From NCBI RefSeq assembly GCF_964030745.1, contig NZ_OZ034918.1:300001-332000 (forward strand): a DNA stretch of 32,000 nt, given 5' to 3'. A program made the translations under genes and the position numbers. Source of the stretch: Candidatus Saccharimonadota bacterium (GTDB taxonomy: Bacteria > Bacteroidota > Bacteroidia > Cytophagales > Amoebophilaceae). The notes below the pieces were generated by a model that was given only the letters and a program-made list of their open reading frames with translations, did not search any database and was not told where the DNA came from. Of the stretch, positions 8,556 through 18,113 are shown piece by piece (the stretch's first letter is position 1; each line of letters begins with the position of its first letter).

Positions 8556-8829
8556 AGTTTTGGAACGGTTTATAACAGCCATTCCTTTTCGTATTGTACA
8601 AATGCAAAAAATTATGTAGTATAAATTATGAGCATGAGTTGTTGCTTTTGAGCATGGAGTTGTTGCTTTCTTTTTTGAGTTGGGCTGATAAGCATCTAAC
8701 AATTGCTTCACGCATGCACAATATCGTGCATGGATTAGATCAAATGGGGAAAAGTACAATAGACTATAAACATGGTCTAATGGGCTATTTCCTAAGTAGA
8801 GATAACGTAAATCTAAAACGAATCATATC

Positions 8830-9174
8830 ATGAACAAGACACACAGACTACCAAAACATATTAGCCATGTTATAGCATGGTATATAATAGCTACCATAAC
8901 AGGGTCATCTTTTATGACTGCTTGCAACAATAGCAGCCATGGTATGGATCCTGAGCCAGTAGTAGGCCCAAAGCAGCAAGAAGCTGAGCAAACAGATGTT
9001 ACATGCTCTATTGATGTAATGTCAACACAGCAAGTAGATGCGCAGCAAGCAGTTCAAATAATAGAACAAACAGAAGAGGTACAAACAACCGTCCCTCCGC
9101 TACCCCCTAAAGTTCAAAAAAAGCAAGACATACCAAAAGAAATTTTGCAAGCAGGGGATTCTGGGTGCGAATAA
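8830..9174 (+). CDS. Hypothetical small protein, possibly a lipoprotein
   Basis: 114-aa ORF with a hydrophobic N-terminal segment ending in the lipobox-like FMTAC. The rest is Q/E/P-rich and low in complexity. I recognise no family. Confidence 0.45.
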   Translation: MNKTHRLPKHISHVIAWYIIATITGSSFMTACNNSSHGMDPEPVVGPKQQEAEQTDVTCSIDVMSTQQVDAQQAVQIIEQTEEVQTTVPPLPPKVQKKQDIPKEILQAGDSGCE

Positions 9175-9244
9175 GGAAAGGCGTCGGATAAAACTCAAGC
9201 CCTCGGCAAAAAGTTGGGGGCATTTACTCACTAACAACGAGCGA

Positions 9245-10627
9245 TCAAAGCAACTGTTCCACTGCGCGATATTCTGGAGCAAAACTAATGACACATTGCG
9301 ATTTAGCAGTTTGAATCCACTTATCAACTGCCTCTTTTTTTTTCTGTTGCAACAAGTCATGATAGAGCTTTTCATAATCCTGCACAAGATTCATTGGATG
9401 AGCCTCTATTTTTTGTTTAAGATAAAGCAACCGCCAAGCTGGTCCATAAGGTGTGCGCATATACTGAGGCTTACTGACTGCTCCTTCCTCCAGCCCATCA
9501 ATGGCAAAATAGACTTCTGGATCCAAGGCTTCAACAGGCATGCACCGGCCAGGTAAAAGATCGCCCCCTTGCTGATTATTTGCAATCAATCCCCCTTGAG
9601 CAACCGTTTCCTTGTCTTCTGAGTATTGCTGCACAGCTGCTTCAAAGGTCAATGTACCAGCAATTATTTTTGCCTTAATAGCATTCAATTCCACTTCTGT
9701 TAATCGAATCTCTTCTTCTGTGGGTTTGACAGTCTGCAGGATATGACGGGTATTATACTGGTCCTTATTGCGCCCTATAAGCTCTATAAGATGGAAGCCA
9801 TATTCAGAGGCAATAGGATCACTTACCTCACCAAGTTTGAGCGAAAGCGCAGTAGACTCATAAGTCGGTGTCAATATACCTAAAGATACCCACCCAATTT
9901 CACCGCCCTTAGCAGCAGAATGGGGATCCTCGGAATGTTGCTTGGCCAATTCAGCAAAGGTCCCCTCCCCATCTAGCAATAACTGCTTTAGATGCAAGAG
10001 TTTACTTTTGACTGCCTCTTGCCTTGCTGAAGCTACCTTAGGATAGATCACCAGCTGATGTACCTGAACAGCAGCAGGATAGTAAGGACGATCATTTGGC
10101 GGCAAGCCATTAAAATAAGCTTTTACCTCTGCTGGCCGCACCACTACATCTTGTGTAAGGTATTGGTAAACCCATGAGGCCAAATATTCTGCCTTGAACC
10201 GCTGCTTTAACCCTTTCTTAATATCGTAGATAGATTGATGGGCAACCTGAGCAAGCTTTTCTTCAGAACCTAACTGCCGTATCAAAGCAGCTATTCTACC
10301 ATCACAGGCCCGTTGAATATGGGCTTTGGGAATTTTAACATCGTGCAACATAGCCTTTGACAAGAAAATCTTGTTTAAAACCAACTCCCGCAACAAGTGC
10401 ATCTTTACAGATGCATTGATTACCTTACCTTCTAAAGCCAATTGCCTACATGCTTCTTCTAAATCAGAATGCAAAATCAGCTCTTGATTGACAGTAGCAA
10501 TTACCTTATCCAACAATAGTGTATTATTCGCCCTAGCTACAGGCCACGAAGCGCAAATAAACACAACAAGAGCAGGTGCAAGGCTTTTAATGTATTTGAA
10601 TAATACAGGTATGGTTTTTTTTAGCAT
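9245..10627 (-). CDS. SurA-like periplasmic chaperone / parvulin-type peptidyl-prolyl isomerase
   Basis: Signal peptide (ALVVFICASWPVARA). Two parvulin-like segments are present (FAELAKQHSEDPHSAAKGGEIGWVS...GFHLIELIGR and FEAAVQQYSEDKETVAQGGLI...). Confidence 0.8.
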   Translation of the reverse strand: MLKKTIPVLFKYIKSLAPALVVFICASWPVARANNTLLLDKVIATVNQELILHSDLEEACRQLALEGKVINASVKMHLLRELVLNKIFLSKAMLHDVKIPKAHIQRACDGRIAALIRQLGSEEKLAQVAHQSIYDIKKGLKQRFKAEYLASWVYQYLTQDVVVRPAEVKAYFNGLPPNDRPYYPAAVQVHQLVIYPKVASARQEAVKSKLLHLKQLLLDGEGTFAELAKQHSEDPHSAAKGGEIGWVSLGILTPTYESTALSLKLGEVSDPIASEYGFHLIELIGRNKDQYNTRHILQTVKPTEEEIRLTEVELNAIKAKIIAGTLTFEAAVQQYSEDKETVAQGGLIANNQQGGDLLPGRCMPVEALDPEVYFAIDGLEEGAVSKPQYMRTPYGPAWRLLYLKQKIEAHPMNLVQDYEKLYHDLLQQKKKEAVDKWIQTAKSQCVISFAPEYRAVEQLL

Positions 10628-11477
10628 CTTCTAAGAGTTTACATTTTATTTTGTTAACCAGATCCAATCTCCTTTTATGTAGTATAATGGCCTTAATACG
10701 ATCTGCCACTACTGCCAGTGGAGCAATTTCTTGTGCCAATTGATACTGATTTATTTTTAAAAAATAGATATGTTTCCGGCCTGCTGCATGAATGAATTTA
10801 TTGGTTTTTAACAATCTAGTTGCATCCCCAAGTGGTCGGTAACCAACTTTAGCCAAAACAGCTTCCCAAGCAAACCATTGATCGGCTTCTAATATAGCAG
10901 TATGGGTATAAGGCTTACAGCATACTTGTAATTTTTTTAGGTCTGCAGCTTTGTTTGATAACATGAGCGACTTTACAGAATTAATACAACCCGCCTTTTT
11001 GGGAATCGCCAAAAAGATACCCTTTACAATATCATGATGCAATATAAAGTCACGTTGCTTATGCTTTTGGTAATAGTCTGCTATTTCTTCCGATGATACA
11101 TTGGCATTAAACTCAGCTTGAACAAGGGTTTCTAAAAAATGATATGCTAGTAGATCATTTTTATAATCGCTTAACTTACCTTCCATAGAAGGCTGAATAG
11201 ATTGATGGTTTGCTTGGGCAATAAGGAGCTGTTTACATGCCCATTCTTCCACATACTTTTTAATGAAAAAATCGGCCTCTGCCGTATCACCCTGGAAAAG
11301 ATCCATAGAAGAAAGGTCAGATGGATATAAATATTGCTTACCTACACGCGCAATAAAAGCCTCCTTTTGTACATCTTGTCTCCTTGTTTCACCACCACAG
11401 CGGTGGAACACCCAATAGATAAAGAGCAATAGCAAGAAGCTACAAGCAAAAAGCCTACTCAAACGAGATACCCTCAA
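10587..11477 (-). CDS. Hypothetical exported or membrane-anchored protein, possibly a SurA N-terminal-domain-like chaperone without a parvulin domain
   Basis: 296-aa ORF with a hydrophobic N-terminus. It sits between the Skp-like and SurA-like genes and overlaps the SurA-like start by 41 nt. No catalytic motif is seen. Confidence 0.5.
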   Translation of the reverse strand: MRVSRLSRLFACSFLLLLFIYWVFHRCGGETRRQDVQKEAFIARVGKQYLYPSDLSSMDLFQGDTAEADFFIKKYVEEWACKQLLIAQANHQSIQPSMEGKLSDYKNDLLAYHFLETLVQAEFNANVSSEEIADYYQKHKQRDFILHHDIVKGIFLAIPKKAGCINSVKSLMLSNKAADLKKLQVCCKPYTHTAILEADQWFAWEAVLAKVGYRPLGDATRLLKTNKFIHAAGRKHIYFLKINQYQLAQEIAPLAVVADRIKAIILHKRRLDLVNKIKCKLLEDAKKNHTCIIQIH

Positions 11478-11586
11478 AACAAATTTATAAAAATTGATAT
11501 AAAAAGTGAGCTATTGGCCACTATTTCCTTTAGCAGCCAATATACCCCCCTCTATGCTTATGTAAGCGCACGGAAGAATGAATGAT

Positions 11587-12234
11587 TTACTTTTTCTTGC
11601 CAGGCTTGGCTGGAACTGTTTTAGCTTTAGGCTGATCTTTCGGACCTATTACAGGCTGTTGTGGCGCTTTAGGCTCCATTGCTTTAAGTTGTGCCAATAC
11701 AAGATCAGAAATGTTAAACGACTCATCAGCCGCAAGTACTACCGGCCCCACATCAGTACTTTTATTCAAAATTAAATTATACTTTTGCTCCGCTTTAATC
11801 TTATTAATAACCTCTTGCATTTTGTCATGGAGGGGCTGCATAACCGTCTTATACTTTTCTGTCATCTTAGCAGGCCTTTGCTCCTCAAGCTCTTGAATAG
11901 CACGTCCCAAGTTCTGTAATTCTATTTCTTTCTGTTTTCTTTGAACTTCCGAAAGGGTATTTACTTGCTCCCGATACACCTCAACCTTTTCTTGATACTC
12001 TTTGAATTTTGTTTGAATCTGATTGGTTAATTGCACTTCAAAGCTCTGAATTTCAGTTCTATTTTTTTTAGCTTCTGGTAGATTTTCTAAAACATATGCT
12101 ACATCTACATATGCAACCGCTAATCTAGATGGTGCTACTTGAGGCTGCTCTATAACCTTAGACGGATGATTCGCTTGCGCAACAGTATACATAGAGGCAA
12201 CAAATGCCAATGTAGATAACAATCTATAATTCAT
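11587..12234 (-). CDS. OmpH/Skp-family periplasmic chaperone
   Basis: Signal peptide (LAFVASMYTVAQA). It has the VAYVDVAYVLENLPEAKK start typical of OmpH, a long K/E/Q-rich coiled segment and a basic P/K-rich tail. Confidence 0.75.
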   Translation of the reverse strand: MNYRLLSTLAFVASMYTVAQANHPSKVIEQPQVAPSRLAVAYVDVAYVLENLPEAKKNRTEIQSFEVQLTNQIQTKFKEYQEKVEVYREQVNTLSEVQRKQKEIELQNLGRAIQELEEQRPAKMTEKYKTVMQPLHDKMQEVINKIKAEQKYNLILNKSTDVGPVVLAADESFNISDLVLAQLKAMEPKAPQQPVIGPKDQPKAKTVPAKPGKKK

Positions 12235-12398
12235 TACAGTAAAATTTTAATATTCAATTATGTTCATACAACAGGGATATCCAATATCCCTTATCCGTTC
12301 CCACTTATTATCTTCCACTCATTCCTACTCACACTCCCTCCCTATCTTACAAATAAATAGGATAAAGATCAAATTAGCAAGCCTATAAAATAAAGAAC

Positions 12399-12416
12399 CC
12401 CATTTTTTTAAATGGG
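12399..12416 (-). terminator. Weak candidate intrinsic terminator downstream of atpD
   Basis: On the minus strand the sequence is cccattt-aaaa-aaatggg (7-bp stem, only 3 GC pairs) followed by gttctttattttat. It lies about 80 nt after the atpD stop. Confidence 0.3.
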
Positions 12417-12493
12417 CTACGGGCTACAGCATGCGTTTAAGCGATCTATAAAGGCACGCCAGTGATTGCTCCAAAGCAGTATTAGTGGTTTGC

Positions 12494-14011
<1,518 letters not shown>

Positions 14012-14222
14012 TCAAAAAATTAATTATATCGCTGCATAAATTTATAAAAAAGGATTGGATTTGCTGCTGTAATAAGTTGACTTTAAGCATAGAGGGAAAA
14101 ATAGAGTTAACTTTTTCCTTATATTGGTTACATTTATAGGAAGCAGCTTCCACATCGTGTCTCCTACAAATCCGTGGGCATAAGCCTGTTTTGAAAACAG
14201 TCCATATATAGCAGTAAAATTA

Positions 14223-14699
14223 ATGGGGCAAAAACCTACATTTGATCATATTTTTATGTCATTGGCCATACAATTGGCCCAACGATCACACTGTATTAAA
14301 AAGAAGGTAGGTGCTGTATTAACCAAAGAGACTCGAATTATTTCCATAGGATACAATGGGCCGCCACCTGGCACCTATAATTGCGATGAGGTATGGCCTA
14401 AAACAGGCTGCGCCAGAAATATAAAAGGAAGTTGTGGCTTAGCCATTCATGCAGAGCAAAATGCTGTACTGTATGCATTAACCAATCACGTTAATGTCAA
14501 AGATGGGGTGCTCTATACTACCCTTTCGCCCTGTCTGCCTTGTGCCCGTATCTTATTTAGTGTGGGTATTAAAAAAGTTGTATACAAGGATTCGTATGCA
14601 GCTTATAAAAACTTAGATTACGAGGAGGGGTTAAATTTTCTACATGAGTTTGGTGTACAGATCATACAATACGACCCATATAGGGATATAGAACTTTAA
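14223..14699 (+). CDS. dCMP (deoxycytidylate) deaminase, ComEB-type
   Basis: Zinc-deaminase motifs HAEQNA and PCLPCA. The N-terminal TFDHIFMSLAIQLAQRSHC...VGAVL...IGYNG pattern is typical of dCMP deaminases. Confidence 0.85.
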   Translation: MGQKPTFDHIFMSLAIQLAQRSHCIKKKVGAVLTKETRIISIGYNGPPPGTYNCDEVWPKTGCARNIKGSCGLAIHAEQNAVLYALTNHVNVKDGVLYTTLSPCLPCARILFSVGIKKVVYKDSYAAYKNLDYEEGLNFLHEFGVQIIQYDPYRDIEL

Positions 14700-14736
14700 A
14701 GTTACCAAAAGTTACTTATTACTTGACTAAACAGCT

Positions 14737-14772
14737 TAAGGCCTTCTGCAAAAGCAACACCAAAATTACCGT
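14737..14772. repeat. Internally deleted fragment of the short-arm palindromic element
   Basis: ttaaggccttctgcaaaagc is joined directly to aacaccaaaattaccgt. Compare copy D, which has ttaagaccttctgcaaaagc...cgacaccaaaattgccatt. Confidence 0.55.
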
Positions 14773-14834
14773 ATCCGTTCATGCAATGGCGCAGGCTTAA
14801 GACATAAATATTATTGACTATTAAATAGAACAGC

Positions 14835-14888
14835 ATTTTTTACATGGAGTATTGGTACTGGTATACACAGCACTTATGACCACCGATA
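14835..14888. repeat. Short dispersed repeat (second copy at 29986..30032)
   Basis: attttttacatggagtattggta...cagcacttatg(a/g)ccaccgata is shared by both loci. This copy has a 7-nt internal insertion (ctggtat). Confidence 0.7.
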
Positions 14889-14908
14889 GCTTTTCTTATC
14901 ATTATCAG

Positions 14909-15089
14909 CCCCGAGTCTCCTTCGATAAAAAAATGGCGCTCTACTAGACCTCTTGCAAAACCTACTTTGTGATGAGCAATTTTTAGGAGAAGTGTAGTCG
15001 AGCACCGCAGAATACTTAATGTATTTGAGGAGCATAGACAAGCTTCGACACCAAAATTGCCATTAGAAATAGGTTTTGCAAGAGGTCTA
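14909..15089. mobile_element. Palindromic element, copy C (long-arm form), right arm interrupted by the IS
   Basis: The left arm is ccccgagtctccttcgataaaaaaatggcgctctactagacctcttgcaaaacc. The core and inner arms are identical to copy A. The right arm stops at ...gcaagaggtctag, where IS sequence begins. An outer-arm sequence (ctttttatcgaaggagataagggg) resumes after the IS at 16531-16554. Confidence 0.75.
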
Positions 15090-16512
15090 GTAAAACACTA
15101 ACCCCTGAGCGATATATTTTCAGCGGATTAGAAAATCGAGGCCGTTGCAATAGACCTTTACGATTTGCCATAAAAAGTATCTTTTTATTTTTTAGAAGAA
15201 GGTAAAAAAAGGTTAAATTCTATTGATTTTTTTAGGTATTGATGCTTAAAACTTTTAATAATATTGTGTATGTCGCTCAAGCAAACTAAGCAATTAAGTT
15301 TTTCAGATATTTCCGCCAATAAGCGTAAGTGCAAACACACTTTCTTTGATCAAATCAACAAGCTAGTTAATTGGTCAGTAGTAGAAAAAGCACTCCGATT
15401 ACATTATCCTAAAGGTTTACGTTTATCAGGCAAACCGGCCTATAGTCCTCTGCTTCTATTCAAAATGCTATTGCTACAGACGTGGTATGGCTTGAGCGAC
15501 TATGCAGTCGAAGAAGAAGTGAATGATCGTATCACTTTTAGCAGATTTTGTGGTATTTCGATGGATAGTTCTGTTCCAGATCATAGTGTACTAAGTAGAT
15601 TTAGAACTACCCTTACAGAGAAGAATGCTTTAGAAAAGTTATTGCATATCATTAATAATCAGCTATCTGATCATGGTGTATTGGTTCAAAACGGTTCAGC
15701 AGCTGTAGATGCTTCTATTACCCCTACCCCTAGACGCCCTAAAGGTAAAAAAAGCTACGATCTGCATGAAGATGGAACCATAACCACAGCTGAAAGTTAT
15801 CAAAAAGGAGTAGATCCAGAAGCAAGTTGGATAAAAAAAGGCCATCATCTCTACTATGGCTATAAGCGGCATGTTCTTGTGGAAAGCAAAGAGGGGTTGG
15901 TGCTAGCCGTAGGTACCACAAAAGCATCTAGTCATGATAGTGGGCATTTACAGGTATTATTGGATAAAGTAAGGCTAAAATCAGGCAGCAGACTCTATGC
16001 AGATAAAGGCTATAGCGGGTCGCCCAACGAAAATTTACTAAAGAAAAAGAAGTTAAAATCAGCTATTCAGAAAAAAGGGGCTAGAAACAATCCTTTATCA
16101 CCCACTGCTAAACGGTTTAATAAATTAGTATCTAAAACGCGCTATAAAGTAGAACGGGTATTTGGAAGTATTAAAAGTTGGTTCCGTAGCTCAGGAGCCA
16201 GATATATAGGCCTTGCTAAAACCCATACGCAACATGTTATGGAGGCAATAGCCTATAACTTATATAGGTCCCCAAACATCATATTAAGAGGTATCTAGGG
16301 GAATGGTGTGTCCAAAATAGATTGAAAATGACTAAAAAATCAGTAAATAAATAGTTTTATACCACTATAACATCAAATATGGCAAGGAAATAACCCTGGA
16401 AGATTAATCAAAATTATACCTTCAACCTATCACAACGGCCTCAAATCGTCTGTCTGAAGCCCGCTTGCGGGCTGAGTTCACGATTTTCCCGCTGAAAAAG
16501 ATATCGATTCAG
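15090..16512 (+). mobile_element. IS5-family insertion sequence (boundaries uncertain by about 20 bp)
   Basis: One DDE transposase ORF is flanked by imperfect inverted repeats: ctgagcgatatattttcagcgg at 15105-15126 against ccgctgaaaaagatatcgattcag at 16489-16512. The right end contains a GC hairpin, gcccgcttgcgggc, at 16460-16473. Confidence 0.8.
15264..16298 (+). CDS. IS5-family DDE transposase (apparently intact)
   Basis: The N-terminal AYSPLLLFKMLLLQTWYGLSDYAVEEEVNDRITFSRFCGI segment is typical of IS5-family transposases. Candidate DDE residues lie in AAVDASITPTP, LYADKGYSG and YKVERVFGSIKSW. The alternative start MSLKQ is at 15270. Confidence 0.88.
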   Translation: MCMSLKQTKQLSFSDISANKRKCKHTFFDQINKLVNWSVVEKALRLHYPKGLRLSGKPAYSPLLLFKMLLLQTWYGLSDYAVEEEVNDRITFSRFCGISMDSSVPDHSVLSRFRTTLTEKNALEKLLHIINNQLSDHGVLVQNGSAAVDASITPTPRRPKGKKSYDLHEDGTITTAESYQKGVDPEASWIKKGHHLYYGYKRHVLVESKEGLVLAVGTTKASSHDSGHLQVLLDKVRLKSGSRLYADKGYSGSPNENLLKKKKLKSAIQKKGARNNPLSPTAKRFNKLVSKTRYKVERVFGSIKSWFRSSGARYIGLAKTHTQHVMEAIAYNLYRSPNIILRGI

Positions 16513-16580
16513 CTATTTACTATCGGGCCAGACTTTTTATCGAAGGAGATAAGGGGCCCAGACACAGGCGTGAATAGATA
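16513..16580. repeat. Palindromic-element outer-arm module (variant 2); near-identical copy at 30150..30217
   Basis: ctatttactatcgggccagactttttatcgaaggagataaggggcccagacacaggcgtgaatagata matches 30150-30217 at 65 of 68 positions. The part from ttatcgaaggagataagggg...aggcgtgaatagata also matches 1865-1908. Confidence 0.8.
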
Positions 16581-16581
16581 C

Positions 16582-16610
16582 AAATTGCCATTAGAAATAG
16601 GTTGTGCAGA
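16582..16610. repeat. Right-end fragment of a palindromic-element core
   Basis: aaattgccattagaaataggttgtgcaga matches the last roughly 29 nt of the core and right arm. It is followed by ttaa and then the complete copy D. Confidence 0.6.
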
Positions 16611-16614
16611 TTAA

Positions 16615-16755
16615 GACCTTCTGCAAAAGCTATTTGTGATCAGCAATTTTTAGGAGAAGCGCAGTCGAGCACCGCAGAATACTAGATGTATTTGAGGAGC
16701 ATAGACAAGCTTCGACACCAAAATTGCCATTAGAAATAGATTTTGCAGAAGGTCT
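16615..16755. mobile_element. Palindromic element, copy D (short-arm core form, 141 bp)
   Basis: It runs gaccttctgcaaaagc...core...gattttgcagaaggtc and differs from copy B at about 10 of 141 positions. It ends 1 nt before the stop codon (16756-16758) of the cysteine desulfurase gene. Confidence 0.78.
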
Positions 16756-17880
16756 TTACTTTGCATACAGTTTCGCCAGCATAGCAACAGTTTGTTCAAC
16801 CTCTATATGGGTAGTATACTTGCTAAAAGAAAAACGTATGGCATGGCTGTTTTTTTTCTGTAAAGCAGCTATAACAGACGAACCTAACGCACTGCCACTG
16901 GTACAAGCACTGCCTGTAGAAGCCGCTATACCATGAATATCTAAATTGTAGATGAGCATATCGTGTGCTTGCGAGTCGGGCAATGAAATATTTAAGAGAT
17001 GGGGACTACTCTGGGTTAAGCTTTCGCTATGACCATTAAAAATTATATCAGGGATATGCTTTTTCAATAAGGCAATCATATGTTGCTTAATGGCTAACAA
17101 ATGGGTGACAATTTTTTCCCTGTCCCGAAAAGCGATGGCTAGCGCTTTAGCCATTCCAACAATGTAAGGAACATTTTCAGTTCCGCCGCGCATGTTTAAC
17201 TCTTGGCTTCCTCCGGCGATAAGGGGCGCAACAGAGGTTTTTGCATCAATATACACAAATCCAACTCCTTTAGGTCCATGTATTTTATGGGCGGAACCAA
17301 CAGCAAGGTGACAAGATAGGAAATCAGGAAAACAACCATAGATGGCTTGAATCATATCTGAATGCAAAAATGCGCCATATCTTCGACAAATCTGTCCAAC
17401 AGCTGCTATATCTGTTATATTGCCAATTTCATGATTGACCTGCATCAAACTGACCAAAGCATGTGGGTGTCTTTTTAGCCAGGCTTCTACTTCATCCAAT
17501 GTAAAGTCCCCAGCCTGGCTAACCCGCAGATAGGATAATGTAATTTTGCCCTGTTTGGCCAGTGCTTCTAACGGCATCCGCACTGCAAGGTGCTCTAATG
17601 GAGAGGTTAACACATGCGCAATGTGCATGGCATCTATAATACCTTTCAATAACATATTGTTCCCTTCTGTACCACCAGAGGTAAAAACTATTTCAGCAGG
17701 TGCAACATCCAATAAAGCGGCTATTTTTTTTCTGGATTTTTCAAGAGCTGCTTTTGCACGGCAGCCATAACGATGCACAGAAGAGGGATTCCCACATAAA
17801 TTAGCCATATAAGGCATCATAGATGCCAATACTTCTGGATCTAATTGGGTAGTAGCTGCATTATCTAAATAGATATCCAT
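16756..17880 (-). CDS. Cysteine desulfurase, NifS/IscS-type (class V aminotransferase)
   Basis: It begins MDIYLDNAATTQLDPEV...GNPSSVHRYG. The PLP-lysine motif is SAHKIHGPKGVG and the active-site Cys loop is STGSACTSGS. Confidence 0.88.
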   Translation of the reverse strand: MDIYLDNAATTQLDPEVLASMMPYMANLCGNPSSVHRYGCRAKAALEKSRKKIAALLDVAPAEIVFTSGGTEGNNMLLKGIIDAMHIAHVLTSPLEHLAVRMPLEALAKQGKITLSYLRVSQAGDFTLDEVEAWLKRHPHALVSLMQVNHEIGNITDIAAVGQICRRYGAFLHSDMIQAIYGCFPDFLSCHLAVGSAHKIHGPKGVGFVYIDAKTSVAPLIAGGSQELNMRGGTENVPYIVGMAKALAIAFRDREKIVTHLLAIKQHMIALLKKHIPDIIFNGHSESLTQSSPHLLNISLPDSQAHDMLIYNLDIHGIAASTGSACTSGSALGSSVIAALQKKNSHAIRFSFSKYTTHIEVEQTVAMLAKLYAK

Positions 17881-18113
17881 GATAAGAAACAGTTGCCTAG
17901 ATTCCTAGCAGGAAACTTATTTTTCTCAAAGTTATTTTCCACCGCTTTTACGATTTATTTGTCTGTTTACTGAGCCCTTCTTTATTTGACGGTTTCATGC
18001 TCCCAGCTATCGCTCATTCTAAATACTTTTTTCTGGCGGAATTTTTTTGTGACGTGACCAGATTGATGAATAATCGCAGGAAACGCAGTGCCAGTAATTG
18101 ATTAGCCTTATGC

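Noticed and set aside
8430-8759. 109-aa ORF on the minus strand, and the overlapping 79-aa plus-strand ORF at 8594..8833
   Set aside because: The C-terminal half of the first ORF is the translation of palindromic element copy B (SAKPIANGNLGLEVCLCSSNT...). The remainder is low-complexity spacer. There are no motifs and the start context is poor.
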